Below, one piece after another: positions 1-10,227 of a stretch of 64,000 bases of DNA. Each line of letters opens with the position of its first letter. The first letter of the stretch is position 1. Where the stretch lies: positions 5,988 to 69,987 of the forward strand of contig CAINRW010000104.1 in NCBI GenBank assembly GCA_903852815.1, written 5' to 3'. The notes beneath the pieces were generated by a model, which saw nothing but the letters and a program-made list of their open reading frames with translations, searched no databases and was not told the origin of the DNA. Position numbers and translations under genes: made by a program. The stretch is from an uncultured Actinomycetes bacterium (lineage in GTDB: Bacteria > Actinomycetota > Actinomycetes > Nanopelagicales > Nanopelagicaceae).

Positions 1-1014
1 ATTGCACCAGATGCGATTGTCTTGCGCTCGGATCGAGAGATTCCTGAAGGCGTAAAGAAGAAAATCTCTTTAATGTGCGATGTCGATGTCGAAGCCGTCG
101 TCGCTGCAGTTGATGCACCATCTATCTATGACATTCCAAAGGTACTTCACTCTGAAGGTCTTGATTCATATGTTGTGAAGCGACTAGGACTGGGCGGACA
201 TGAAGTTGTTTGGGGTGAATGGGATGCACTGTTGGAGAAAGTTCATCATCCAAAACATCACATCAAGGTAGGGCTGGTTGGAAAATATATTGACCTTCCA
301 GATGCTTATCTCTCAGTATCCGAAGCTTTGCGTGCAGGTGGTTTTGCTAATGAAGCGAAAATTGAAATCATTTGGATTCCAAGTGATGAATGTGAAAAAA
401 GTGAGCAAGCTGAGAAACATCTATCAGGGTTGGATGCGATTGTTATTCCAGGCGGCTTTGGTATTCGAGGCATTGAAGGAAAAGTTGGTGCTTTAAAATT
501 TGCCCGCGAAAATCACATTCCTACTTTAGGTCTTTGTTTAGGTTTGCAGTGCATGGTTATTGAAGCCGCTCGTAATTTAGCTGGAATCACTGATGCAAAT
601 TCTGCCGAGTTTTCAACTGAAGGAACGCCTGTAATTGCCACTATGGCCGATCAGCAACATGTTATTGATGGCCAAGGAGATATGGGCGGAACAATGCGTC
701 TCGGTCTCTATAAAGCTAATTTGCTTGAAGGTTCTTTAGTTGCGCAAACATATGGCTCCTTGGAAATTTCCGAACGTCATCGACATCGCTATGAAGTAAA
801 TAATCTTTATCGTGATTCTATTTCGCAGGCTGGGCTAGTTTTTTCAGGAATGTTTATAGAACGTGACTTAGTTGAATTTGTCGAACTACCTACCTCCGTG
901 CATCCTTTTTATGTAGGCACGCAGGCACATCCTGAACTTCGCTCCAGACCTACAAAACCTCATCCACTCTTTGTTGGATTAGTTAGCGCAGCTGTCGCCA
1001 AGAAAGGTAAATAA
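1..1014 (+). CDS. pyrG: CTP synthase (5'-truncated by window edge)
   Basis: Glutamine amidotransferase motifs GLVGKY, VPGGFG-like IPGGFG, GLCLGLQ (catalytic Cys), RHRHRYE and TQAHPE. Confidence 0.97.
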   Translation: MAPDAIVLRSDREIPEGVKKKISLMCDVDVEAVVAAVDAPSIYDIPKVLHSEGLDSYVVKRLGLGGHEVVWGEWDALLEKVHHPKHHIKVGLVGKYIDLPDAYLSVSEALRAGGFANEAKIEIIWIPSDECEKSEQAEKHLSGLDAIVIPGGFGIRGIEGKVGALKFARENHIPTLGLCLGLQCMVIEAARNLAGITDANSAEFSTEGTPVIATMADQQHVIDGQGDMGGTMRLGLYKANLLEGSLVAQTYGSLEISERHRHRYEVNNLYRDSISQAGLVFSGMFIERDLVEFVELPTSVHPFYVGTQAHPELRSRPTKPHPLFVGLVSAAVAKKGK

Positions 1015-2112
1015 ATGTTAGTTGGAATTCCCAAAGAGATTAAAGTTCACGAGTCTAGAATCGCAATCACACCAGAAGGAGTTTCTGAATTCGTTGCCGC
1101 TGGTCATGAAGTTGTGATCGAAAGCGATGCTGGATTGGGATCTGCAATCACGAATGAACAATTCATTGCAGTCGGTGCAAAGATTGCAGCAACTGCTGCT
1201 GATGTTTGGTCAAGTGTAGACTTGTTATTGAAAGTTAAAGAACCTATTGAGAGTGAATACTCACTTCTAAGAAAAGGTCAAATACTTTTTACTTATTTAC
1301 ATCTAGCAGCATCAAAGGCCTGCACCGATGCTTTGATAGCTAGCCAGACAACGGCAATAGCTTATGAGACCGTTGAAGTTAATGGACAGTTACCTTTGCT
1401 TGCACCAATGAGTGAAGTGGCTGGTCGATTAGCGACTCAGGTAGGTGCTGCGTCGCTACAAAAGCCCAACGGTGGTCGAGGAGTTTTACTAGGGGGAGTC
1501 CCAGGAGTGGCCCCAGCTAAAGTGGTGGTCATCGGCGGAGGAGTAGCTGGTTTAAATGCAGCGGTCATCGCAATTGGCATGGGCGCTGAAGTCACGGTCA
1601 TCGATCGCTCAATTAATCGATTGCAATATATTGATACGACATATCTTGGACGCATCAAAACATTAGTAGCGTCAAGACACGCAATCGAACGTGAAGTTAA
1701 ATCTGCTGATTTAGTTATTGGGGCAGTACTAGTTCACGGGGCTAAAGCGCCAAAATTAGTTTCAAACTCTTTAGTGAAAGAGATGAAGCACGGATCAGTT
1801 TTGGTTGATATCGCAATTGATCAGGGTGGATGCTTCGAAGACTCGCGCGCCACAACACATGCCGAACCTACTTATAAAGTTCACAACTCGATTTTCTACT
1901 GTGTCGCAAATATGCCTGGAGCGGTACCGGTTGCATCAACCTATGCACTCACAAATGCCACTCTTCCGTATGCATTATCAATAGCTAACTTAGGTTGGCG
2001 TGAAGCGTGCACAGCAGATCCAAATCTTGCCAAGGGTTTGAATATTCACGAAGGCAAGGTTTATTACTCTGCAGTTGCCTCGGCCCATGGTTATGCAAAC
2101 GCCCAAATTTGA
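1015..2112 (+). CDS. ald: Alanine dehydrogenase
   Basis: [10 protein letters not shown] start, KVKEP, FTYLHLA, GGGVAG Rossmann motif, [18 protein letters not shown]. Confidence 0.96.
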   Translation: MLVGIPKEIKVHESRIAITPEGVSEFVAAGHEVVIESDAGLGSAITNEQFIAVGAKIAATAADVWSSVDLLLKVKEPIESEYSLLRKGQILFTYLHLAASKACTDALIASQTTAIAYETVEVNGQLPLLAPMSEVAGRLATQVGAASLQKPNGGRGVLLGGVPGVAPAKVVVIGGGVAGLNAAVIAIGMGAEVTVIDRSINRLQYIDTTYLGRIKTLVASRHAIEREVKSADLVIGAVLVHGAKAPKLVSNSLVKEMKHGSVLVDIAIDQGGCFEDSRATTHAEPTYKVHNSIFYCVANMPGAVPVASTYALTNATLPYALSIANLGWREACTADPNLAKGLNIHEGKVYYSAVASAHGYANAQI

Positions 2113-3016
2113 GGTTGCAGTAAGTTCTTTTCTCAACCATCTAACCATTGAACGCGGGCTTTCCAGCAATACCGTTCAAGCCTATCGCCGTGACTTATTC
2201 AAATTTTCACAATTTTTGAAAGGCAAACCTGTAGAGGAAATTGATTCAGAAGTAATTGCAACGTTTCAAATCGAGTTGAAGAAAACCGGACTTTCACCAA
2301 ATTCAATAAACAGAATGGATTCAACGCTTCGTTCATATTTCAAATATCTAAATACAGAGTTCCATGTCCTAAATCCAACTACCCACATGCAAGGCTCTCG
2401 TGTTGCTAGGCGGTTGCCCAAAGCCCTTTCAGTGCAAACAATCATGTCGATTATTAACGCCGCCTATCGAGAGAGCGATCCAATCTCTCTTCGAGATCAG
2501 TGCATGATTGAACTTTTGTACAGTAGTGGTGCACGAGTGAGTGAGTTAATTGGAATAAATCTCAATGACTTATCGGTAGTTAGTACTGACGATGGTGAAA
2601 TTACAACACTTAAACTTCGAGGTAAAGGTTCAAAAGAGCGAATAGTTCCCTTAGGCAAGTTTGCAACTAAAGCTATAGATGATTATTTAGTGCGACTAAG
2701 GCCAACTTTAAGCGCTAAGAATTCTAAAACTAACTCTGCACTTTTTCTAAATGCTAAAGGTGGCAGAATTTCCAGACAATCTGCATGGAACATCGTGATC
2801 ACTGTAACAAAGGATGCTGGAGTGACTGAACATGTGTCACCCCATGTATTTCGCCATTCATATGCGACGCATTTATTAGACGGTGGTGCTGACATTCGTG
2901 TTGTTCAAGAGTTGTTAGGGCACGCTTCAGTTACAACAACACAGATTTATACCTTGATAACTATCGACAAAGTTCGAGAGAGTTATGCAATGGCGCATCC
3001 TCGAGCACGAGGATAA
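2093..3016 (+). CDS. xerD: Site-specific tyrosine recombinase XerD
   Basis: Catalytic set GARVSE, GKGSKER, HVFRHSYATHLL, LGHAS, TQIYT; actinobacterial context ald-xerD-parA-scpAB; start taken at ATG 2093. Confidence 0.93.
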   Translation: MQTPKFEVAVSSFLNHLTIERGLSSNTVQAYRRDLFKFSQFLKGKPVEEIDSEVIATFQIELKKTGLSPNSINRMDSTLRSYFKYLNTEFHVLNPTTHMQGSRVARRLPKALSVQTIMSIINAAYRESDPISLRDQCMIELLYSSGARVSELIGINLNDLSVVSTDDGEITTLKLRGKGSKERIVPLGKFATKAIDDYLVRLRPTLSAKNSKTNSALFLNAKGGRISRQSAWNIVITVTKDAGVTEHVSPHVFRHSYATHLLDGGADIRVVQELLGHASVTTTQIYTLITIDKVRESYAMAHPRARG

Positions 3017-3019
3017 GAG

Positions 3020-3430
3020 TTAGTTACCGCGCAGGCGGCGGGCCAAAATACTCTGATCACCTTTAGCTTCAAGGTCGGCAATAATTACTGCGATTGATTC
3101 ACGAACTATTCGCCCACGATCAACGCCAAGACCCAAATCTCCGCGCAGCTGTAAACGTGCTTGATCTAAATCGAAAAGTTCGTCGGGCGATAGATAAACG
3201 GTTATCTTCTCATCATGGCGCTCACGTCCAGATGGAGAGCGATCCACAGTAGTTACACGTCTGCGCGCAATTGTGCGAACACCTTTTTTGCTCGATGACG
3301 CCTTTGGAGTTGTAATAGTTGGTGGCACAAGAGTTGTTGGTGCTTCAACTTGTGCTGGAACAGCGCTCAGCGCCGGTGCGGTCGAGCGAAACAGTTCATC
3401 GGCTCCTGGAAGATTTGCTCTGCGTGTCAT
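3020..3430 (-). CDS. Conserved actinobacterial protein encoded after the ParA-like ATPase (possible ribbon-helix-helix C-terminus)
   Basis: N-terminal RRxxLPGADELFR motif; C-terminal EKITVYLSxxE...DRGRIVRE; 4-nt overlap with the parA-like gene. Confidence 0.8.
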   Translation of the reverse strand: MTRRANLPGADELFRSTAPALSAVPAQVEAPTTLVPPTITTPKASSSKKGVRTIARRRVTTVDRSPSGRERHDEKITVYLSPDELFDLDQARLQLRGDLGLGVDRGRIVRESIAVIIADLEAKGDQSILARRLRGN

Positions 3431-4311
3431 TGTGCCCCTCCTCGGGCGATTAATTCTCGGGCTAGTCGACGATATGAAGCCGCACCACCAGAAGTAGTTG
3501 CATATGTAGTGATTGGCTCTCCCACAACGGTAGTTTCAGCAAATCTAATTGTTTTTGCAATAATTGTTTCAAAGACATCTGTTGGAAATTGCTCAAGAAT
3601 GCGTTCAAGAACTTGACGATTATGAGAAGTTTTCTTGTCATACATTGTTGCCAAAATTCCAATTAACTTTAAATTTGGATTAAGGAATGTTTTAACTTTA
3701 TCTATATTGCCCTTAAGTTCAATGAACCCATGAAGTGCAAAATATTCGCATTGCAATGGAACAATTACCTCATCAGCTGCTACAAGTGCGTTGATGGTGA
3801 GTTGTCCCATCGTTGGTTGGCAGTCAATGAGAATCACATCGTAGTAATCACGCAATGAACCCAGAGCGCGCTTTAAATATTGCTGGCCACCAATTTCAGC
3901 GCCTAAAGTTGTTTCGGCAGTTCCTAAATCTCTATTAGCTGGAAGAAAATCAAGACCTGGGACTGAAGACTTCAAAACAATCGAATCGACATTTGCAGTC
4001 AGGGTCATCAATGCGTAATAAACGGTTTGTTCAAGTGGAAGTGAATGAGCATTTACGCCGAGACCTAAAGAAAGGCCTCCCTGTGGATCGAAATCTACAA
4101 GCAGAACTCGACGACCTAGTTCGGCTAAGGAAGCTCCCAAGTTGATTGTCGTCGTCGTTTTTCCTACGCCACCTTTTTGGTTGAAAATAGCGATTATCTT
4201 TGCATTGCCATGCTCTTTGATGGCAGCAGGGGTAGGCACATTGGCAGGATTCTTGCCGAGCAAGGTAGACGTAGTTGCAACATCATCTTGATTTGTCGAT
4301 TTAGCGTTCAA
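3427..4311 (-). CDS. ParA/Soj-family ATPase (orphan, scpAB-linked type)
   Basis: Deviant Walker A NQKGGVGKTT, VDFDPQG, IDCQP, PLQCEY; TTG start preceded by AAGGAG. Confidence 0.92.
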   Translation of the reverse strand: MNAKSTNQDDVATTSTLLGKNPANVPTPAAIKEHGNAKIIAIFNQKGGVGKTTTTINLGASLAELGRRVLLVDFDPQGGLSLGLGVNAHSLPLEQTVYYALMTLTANVDSIVLKSSVPGLDFLPANRDLGTAETTLGAEIGGQQYLKRALGSLRDYYDVILIDCQPTMGQLTINALVAADEVIVPLQCEYFALHGFIELKGNIDKVKTFLNPNLKLIGILATMYDKKTSHNRQVLERILEQFPTDVFETIIAKTIRFAETTVVGEPITTYATTSGGAASYRRLARELIARGGAQ

Positions 4312-4394
4312 GCGTCAAAACTCCTTTTCGCATCTAATGAGGGGAGACTACGCGTTAGTTTGGAGACGGGCAACTGTGAAGTAAGGTGTGCGCC

Positions 4395-5267
4395 ATGGAT
4401 ATCTCGGTCGAAGAATCACGTGATGTGAACGCAGTTTCTGGGGCGTTTTCGGTTCACTTAGATAATTTCGATGGTCCCTTTGATCTACTCTTACAGCTTA
4501 TTTCCCGCCATAAAATGGATATCACTGAGATATCTCTCAGCCTGGTCACCGATGAGTTCATCGCCTTTATTAGGGCTTTAGAGGCATCAGGTGAGGGTTG
4601 GCGCCTAGATCAAGCAACGGAGTTTCTGGTAGTTGCTGCGACCCTTCTGGATTTGAAGGCAGCACGATTGCTGCCAAGTGGGGAAGTTGAGGATGAGGAA
4701 GATTTGGCGCTTTTGGAGGCCCGAGACATCCTCTTTGCCCGTTTGCTGCAGTATCGAGCTTTCAAAGAGATCGCTGCAACCTTTAGCGAACGAATAACTC
4801 TCGCCGACAAGTTTTTCCCGCGGGTCGTCGCCCTGGATCCAACGTTAAGTGCTCTGCTTCCAGAAGTCCTGATTGGAGTCGGTCCAGCCCGATTTGCCGC
4901 TATTGCGGAACGAGTTTTGACGCCAAAAGTTACTCCTCATGTGAGCGTTGACCACCTCCATCTTCCTTTAGTGAGTGTGGCTGAAGAGTCTAAACTTGTG
5001 GTTGAGGCTTTACGCCGTTCCAAGTCACTCAGTTTTAGAAATCTCGTCTCCGATGCTGAAAATACTCTTGTAGTAGTTGCCCGATTTCTAGCCTTGCTCG
5101 ATCTCTATCGTCAAGGCGTTCTTCGCTTTAATCAAGTTGTAGCTCTTGGCGAGCTTCAAATTTCTTGGACTGGCTCCGAATCTGGAGAAGTAGAAGTAAG
5201 CGATGAGTTTGATATTCCTGTAGTTGCGATTGATGATGATTCGACAGAAAGTGGTACAAATGTCTAA
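4395..5267 (+). CDS. scpA: Segregation and condensation protein A (kleisin)
   Basis: FDGPFDLLLQLI, FLVVAATLLDLKAARLLP and C-terminal RFLALLDL motifs; start placed at ATG 4395 after TAAGGT. Confidence 0.93.
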   Translation: MDISVEESRDVNAVSGAFSVHLDNFDGPFDLLLQLISRHKMDITEISLSLVTDEFIAFIRALEASGEGWRLDQATEFLVVAATLLDLKAARLLPSGEVEDEEDLALLEARDILFARLLQYRAFKEIAATFSERITLADKFFPRVVALDPTLSALLPEVLIGVGPARFAAIAERVLTPKVTPHVSVDHLHLPLVSVAEESKLVVEALRRSKSLSFRNLVSDAENTLVVVARFLALLDLYRQGVLRFNQVVALGELQISWTGSESGEVEVSDEFDIPVVAIDDDSTESGTNV

Positions 5268-5811
5268 TGTAGAACTTCACCGTTCAATCGAAGCGATTTT
5301 GATGGTAGTTGATGAACCCGTCTCCGAGATTGTCCTAGCTCAAGTTTTAGAGAAGAGCGTCGATGATGTCAGCCAAGCGCTCGAACACCTTGTGACAACC
5401 TATGACGATCGCGGATTTACCCTCAAAAAGGTAAATGGGGGATGGCGTTTCTACAGTCACCCCGAGTACAGCTCAGTAGTTGAGAAGTTCGTCCTCGATG
5501 GCCAGCAGTCACGACTTACTCAAGCCGCACTTGAGACTCTTTCAGTTATCGCCTATCGCCAGCCCGTCTCCAGGGCCCGTGTCTCTGCAATACGTGGGGT
5601 AAACGTTGAGGCGGTCATGAAGACGCTTATCACTAGAGGATTAGTTGAAGAGTCCGGTGTGGAGCATGAAACCGGGGCGATTTTGTATGTAACCACTAGC
5701 TACTTCCTTGAGCGCCTAGGTTTGAACTCCCTTCAAGATCTTCCAGCGTTGGCGCCGTATCTGCCGAATCTTGATGGACTTGACGAGATTCTGGATTCGC
5801 TAACAGACTAG
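5260..5811 (+). CDS. scpB: Segregation and condensation protein B
   Basis: IEAILMV, LTQAALETLSVIAYRQPVSRA, YVTTSYFLERLGL. Confidence 0.94.
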   Translation: MSNVELHRSIEAILMVVDEPVSEIVLAQVLEKSVDDVSQALEHLVTTYDDRGFTLKKVNGGWRFYSHPEYSSVVEKFVLDGQQSRLTQAALETLSVIAYRQPVSRARVSAIRGVNVEAVMKTLITRGLVEESGVEHETGAILYVTTSYFLERLGLNSLQDLPALAPYLPNLDGLDEILDSLTD

Positions 5812-5853
5812 GAATCACGCTATCCTGCACACCTGACTGTCGGGAGGATAGCC

Positions 5854-6570
5854 ATGGGCCAAATGCGCCTTAATAAGATAATCGCTGATGCAGGTATTAC
5901 AAGTCGTCGCGGAGCTGATGAACTCATAGAGTCTGGGCGTGTATCCGTTGATGGAATCACTATTCGTGAAATGGGTGCAAAGTTCGATCCTGATCATGTC
6001 AACGTTATGGTTGATGGTGAGACAATTACTCGTTCAGTGTCTAAGAGTTATTTAGTACTTCATAAACCTAAAGGTGTTTTGTCTACGATGTACGACCCCG
6101 ATGGGCGACCATCGCTGAGTGATTTTATCGATTTACGCAAGGAACGTCTTTTTCACGTAGGTCGCCTTGATAAGGATTCAGAGGGATTAATTCTCCTGAC
6201 CAACGATGGAGATCTCACTTTTCGTGCTACGCACCCCTCTTTCGGGCTTGAAAAAACCTACATTATTGAACATGAAGGAAAGCTTCCGGTTGGCATCGAC
6301 AAGATCCTACTCAAGGGCATTGAATTAGAAGATGGCATGGGAAGAGTCTTGACCTACAAGGAACTTTCACCAACATGGCTAGAACTCTCGATTCACGAAG
6401 GGCGCTATCACATCATTCGCCGGTTGATGGAGGCAGTTGATGTTCCAGTCCTTCGATTGATCCGCACCAAGTTCGGTCCCATCTCGCTGGGCGACACACC
6501 TGAAGGACGGTGGAGAAACCTAAATTCGGGAGAATTAATAAATCTACGAAAGGTTTTAGATTTAAAGTAA
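5854..6570 (+). CDS. rluB: rRNA pseudouridine synthase, RluB/RsuA family
   Basis: S4 domain (RLNKIIA..SRRGAD), catalytic VGRLD, EGRYHIIRR; follows scpB. Confidence 0.85.
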   Translation: MGQMRLNKIIADAGITSRRGADELIESGRVSVDGITIREMGAKFDPDHVNVMVDGETITRSVSKSYLVLHKPKGVLSTMYDPDGRPSLSDFIDLRKERLFHVGRLDKDSEGLILLTNDGDLTFRATHPSFGLEKTYIIEHEGKLPVGIDKILLKGIELEDGMGRVLTYKELSPTWLELSIHEGRYHIIRRLMEAVDVPVLRLIRTKFGPISLGDTPEGRWRNLNSGELINLRKVLDLK

Positions 6571-6579
6571 TTTAGTAAT

Positions 6580-6770
6580 ATATCGATATTATTAGTAATA
6601 ACGCTATATAGTTTTATCGATATTACAAATAAATATTGTTTATTTATCGATAACTTACAGGCTCGAAATCACCCTCAAGTGTGGTTTTATCGATATTTGG
6701 AAAAGACGAGTTCCACAATCATCTGGAACAATATGAAGTTGTGTTTGTAGTAAAAAGGTTTTATCGATAT
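6580..6770. repeat. Cluster of five TATCGATA palindromes in an AT-rich intergenic region
   Basis: TATCGATA at 6581, 6615, 6645, 6688 and 6762; copies 4 and 5 share GGTTTTATCGATAT, copy 2 shares GTTTTATCGATAT. Confidence 0.9.
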
Positions 6771-6838
6771 ATGTATAACTCGTTTTAGTATTAATCAATT
6801 TTGAGCAAAAAAGTGACCGAGAAAGGTACCCTTACCCC

Positions 6839-7201
6839 ATGAATATTCGTGCCATCCGAGGTGCCACGCAAGTGAGCGCAAACACGCCTGAGGCGATTGC
6901 TGAAGGAGTCAAAGAGTTAATGCTCGCTCTTATGTCGGCAAATTCTTTAACTCCCGAAGAAGTCATCTCGGTTTTCTTCACATCGACCCCTGATTTAAAT
7001 GCAGCCTTTCCAGCTGCGGCCTGTCGCGAGATCGGTTTTTCCTCAGTTCCTCTCATCGGATCGGTGGAGGTAGATGTTCCTGGTGCCTTAGATAAAGCGA
7101 TTCGGGTGATGGTTCATTGCCAGAGCGAAAAATCGAACTCTGAAATCAGTCATATTTACCTGCATGGCGCTGCCGCACTTCGCCGAGATATTGCCCAATA
7201 A
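6839..7201 (+). CDS. aroH: Chorismate mutase, AroH class
   Basis: IRAIRGATQV, FTSTPDLNAAFPA, IRVMVH, YLHGAAALRRD. Confidence 0.93.
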   Translation: MNIRAIRGATQVSANTPEAIAEGVKELMLALMSANSLTPEEVISVFFTSTPDLNAAFPAAACREIGFSSVPLIGSVEVDVPGALDKAIRVMVHCQSEKSNSEISHIYLHGAAALRRDIAQ

Positions 7202-8254
7202 ATGATCTCTTCAGTACGAATTGTCGGCTCAGGGTTAATTGGAAGCTCCATCGGCCTTGCGCTCTCAGGAAAGAATATTCCTGTCGAGATGATTGATAGT
7301 GATGAAAGATCTCAACGTTTGGCATGCGATTTAGTGGGTTCGGTTGAGATATCAAATCCAGAGATAATCGTGATTGCAACCCCACTGAACGCCTTCAAAG
7401 AGGTATTTGAACGAGAGATATCTCTATACCCTAACTCTATAGTCATGGATATTGGTAGCGTAAAAATTAAACCTTTACAGGACGTATATACAGCGAGTCC
7501 AGATTTCGTAAACTTTGTTGGGACGCACCCCATGGCAGGTCGTGAGGTGGGTGGGGCAGAGTCAGCCCGCGGCGACTTATTCATTTCAAGAAGTTGGATT
7601 ATCACGCCGAGCGAAACGACAAGTAGGCAGGCCGTTGAAAAAGTCTGTGAACTAATCTCTCTCCTCGGTGCGCAAGTCATTTCTCTAGATGCCAGCGAGC
7701 ATGACGCAGCAGTTGCGAGAATTTCCCATATCCCGCAAATCCTCTCTTCAATCCTTGCTGCTTCGTTGCAATCATTGCCTGGGGAGTGGTTGGAACTAGC
7801 TGGCGCGGGGCTGCGAGACACAACACGAATAGCAGCTTCGGATCACCATTTGTGGAAAGAGATTATTCATTCCAATAAGGAAGAAGTTGCGCAATTATTG
7901 ATAAGTCTACAAAAAGATATTGCCCTGATGATTGATTCTCTGGATGAGGAAGAAAAGATCGCCGAAATTTTATTGCAAGGACGAGCTGGCAAGGCGAGAA
8001 TTCCTGGCAAACATGGTGGCAAGGCCCGTGAATATTCATACCTACCAATTGTGATTGAAGATAAGCCAGGACAACTTGCTGCGATTTTTAACGAGTGCGC
8101 TGCGTTGGCGGTAAACGTTGAAGATCTAACAATCGAACATTCACCGGGTCAATTAAATGCACTCATTACATTGGCGCTCACTCAAAAGGAAGCGCACATA
8201 TTGTCAGAGCACCTGCAATCGATCGGATGGAATGTTCATCCGGTGCGTAATTAG
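7202..8254 (+). CDS. tyrA: Prephenate dehydrogenase with C-terminal ACT domain
   Basis: GSGLIGSS, DIGSVK, THPMAGRE, HDAAVARISHIP, RDTTRIAAS; ACT motif EDKPGQLA. Confidence 0.9.
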   Translation: MISSVRIVGSGLIGSSIGLALSGKNIPVEMIDSDERSQRLACDLVGSVEISNPEIIVIATPLNAFKEVFEREISLYPNSIVMDIGSVKIKPLQDVYTASPDFVNFVGTHPMAGREVGGAESARGDLFISRSWIITPSETTSRQAVEKVCELISLLGAQVISLDASEHDAAVARISHIPQILSSILAASLQSLPGEWLELAGAGLRDTTRIAASDHHLWKEIIHSNKEEVAQLLISLQKDIALMIDSLDEEEKIAEILLQGRAGKARIPGKHGGKAREYSYLPIVIEDKPGQLAAIFNECAALAVNVEDLTIEHSPGQLNALITLALTQKEAHILSEHLQSIGWNVHPVRN

Positions 8255-8269
8255 AAGTAGGCTCACCAC

Positions 8270-10225
8270 ATGGGCATAGTCGTAGCAATAGATGGCCCGA
8301 GTGGGGCAGGAAAATCAAGTACAGCCAAAGCGATTGCAATTCGTGCAGGTTGGAACTATCTAGACACCGGCGCACTCTATCGAGCAGTGACGTGGGTGGC
8401 TTTAGAAAATAATTCAACAACTGCTGCGGAAATTTTGAAGGCTTTGAGAAGTGCACCTTTGCGTTTTGTATCTGATCCAACATCACCAAATATTTTTGCG
8501 GGTGATACTCAAATTACACATGCAATTCGGGGAACGTCAGTAACCGAAAATGTGAGCCGCATAAGCGCTCTTCCAGAAATTCGAGAAGAGCTTCTTACTA
8601 TTCAACGCAAGATTATTGCTCAAGCCAATCGAGGCATCGTTGTTGAAGGAAGAGATATCGGGTCGGTAGTTGTGCCAGATGCAGCATTGAAAATATTTTT
8701 AACTGCCGATATTCAAGCACGGACAGCGCGACGCGAAAGTGAAACTGAAGATAAAAATATTGATGTCAAGAGTTCTCTTGAAAATCGAGATGAAATCGAT
8801 TCGACGCGAAGCGTTTCGCCACTTGCCATGGCATATGACGCAGTTGAAGTTGATTCAACGTATTTAAATCTTGATGAAACTGTTGAACGAATTTGGGAAC
8901 TACTTCGTCAACGCTCTTTGTTGGGGCTTCCAATCGTTGCAATTTTAGGTAGACCAAACGTAGGAAAATCAACGCTGATCAATCGTTTTCTCGGTCGACG
9001 TGAAGCGATTGTTGAAGACACTCCAGGAGTTACTCGCGATCGAATTCAATATGAATGCGAATGGGGCGGTCGCCGTTTTATCATTATGGATACCGGTGGT
9101 TGGGAAGCAAAACCAGATGGAATTTCGGTGCAAGTAAGTGCAGGTGCAGAGATTGCAATGCAAGAAGCAGATGTCTTAGCTTTTGTTGTTGATGCACAAG
9201 TGGGTGCTTTGGATGAAGATGACATCTTGGTGCAACATCTACGCAAAGCCAAGAAGCCTCTAATTTTAATTGGCAACAAAGTTGATGGTGAACGAGAAGA
9301 GTCTGAGGCACACGGTCTGTGGTCACTAGGACTGGGGGAGCCGTACTTTGTTTCCGCGCTTCATGGACGCGGTAGTGGCGATTTATTAGATCACATCGTT
9401 GCCGAACTTCCCGAAGTTGGCGGCGCGCAGACTCAAGATGGATATCGAAAAGTTGCACTTATAGGTCGCCCAAACGTTGGAAAATCCTCATTGCTAAATG
9501 CTTTGGCCGGTGAACACCGATCGATTGTTGATGATGTTGCGGGCACAACACGAGATCCCGTTGATGAGTTGATTGAATTTGGTGGATCGATTTGGAGATT
9601 TATCGATACCGCTGGTTTGAAGAAGCGCGCAAACCAAGCATCCGGAACGGATTACTACGCATCGCTTCGAACACAAACTGCGTTAGAGCGTTGCGAAGTA
9701 GCAGTCGTAGTGCTCGATGCTTCAGAACCAATCACTGAACAGGATTTGCGTGTAATCACAATGGTGGAAGAAGCTGGCAAAGCCATGGTGATTGTCATGA
9801 ATAAATGGGATTTAGTTGATGAAGATCGCCGTGACCAATTAGATCGCGAAATAGATAGACACTTAGATCAAGTTGAATGGGCGCAACGAGTAAATGTTGC
9901 AGCCAAAACTGGTTGGCACCGTGATCGTTTAGCACCAGCGCTAAGAACTGCCCTTGATAGTTGGGAAAAACGAGTACCTACATCGAAACTCAACTCCTTT
10001 CTTGGTGCACTTATTGGTGCAACTCCGCCACCAGTGCGCGGTGGAAAACAACCTAAGGTTTATTACGCAACTCAAGCAGGAATTGCGCCACCAAAGTTTG
10101 TGGTCTTTTCAAATGGTTGGATTGAAGCGTCATATCGTCGCTTTATCGAACGTCGCCTTCGTGAAGAGTTTTCATTCCCGGGCACTCCCGTGCAAGTAGC
10201 GATTAGAGTTAAAGAGCGCGAATAG
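8270..10225 (+). CDS. cmk-der: Fused cytidylate kinase / ribosome biogenesis GTPase Der
   Basis: N-terminal [27 protein letters not shown]; then two G domains (GRPNVGKS twice, DTGG/DTAG, NKVD/NKWD) and a KH-like end, all in one frame. Confidence 0.93.
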   Translation: MGIVVAIDGPSGAGKSSTAKAIAIRAGWNYLDTGALYRAVTWVALENNSTTAAEILKALRSAPLRFVSDPTSPNIFAGDTQITHAIRGTSVTENVSRISALPEIREELLTIQRKIIAQANRGIVVEGRDIGSVVVPDAALKIFLTADIQARTARRESETEDKNIDVKSSLENRDEIDSTRSVSPLAMAYDAVEVDSTYLNLDETVERIWELLRQRSLLGLPIVAILGRPNVGKSTLINRFLGRREAIVEDTPGVTRDRIQYECEWGGRRFIIMDTGGWEAKPDGISVQVSAGAEIAMQEADVLAFVVDAQVGALDEDDILVQHLRKAKKPLILIGNKVDGEREESEAHGLWSLGLGEPYFVSALHGRGSGDLLDHIVAELPEVGGAQTQDGYRKVALIGRPNVGKSSLLNALAGEHRSIVDDVAGTTRDPVDELIEFGGSIWRFIDTAGLKKRANQASGTDYYASLRTQTALERCEVAVVVLDASEPITEQDLRVITMVEEAGKAMVIVMNKWDLVDEDRRDQLDREIDRHLDQVEWAQRVNVAAKTGWHRDRLAPALRTALDSWEKRVPTSKLNSFLGALIGATPPPVRGGKQPKVYYATQAGIAPPKFVVFSNGWIEASYRRFIERRLREEFSFPGTPVQVAIRVKERE

Positions 10226-10227
10226 AT

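Noticed and set aside
2093-3016. Tyrosine recombinase as a phage or island integrase
   Set aside because: The sequence and the ald-xerD-parA-scpAB context identify housekeeping XerD; no att repeats or cargo genes.
3010-4394. Inverted repeats or dif-like sites flanking the inverted parA pair (a Xer-driven switch)
   Set aside because: I found no inverted repeat or 11-6-11 site at either boundary, only a 7-bp direct match (GTTAGTT).
6580-6770. TATCGATA cluster as a CRISPR array
   Set aside because: Repeats are only 8-14 bp, spacing is irregular (34/30/43/74) and no cas genes are present.
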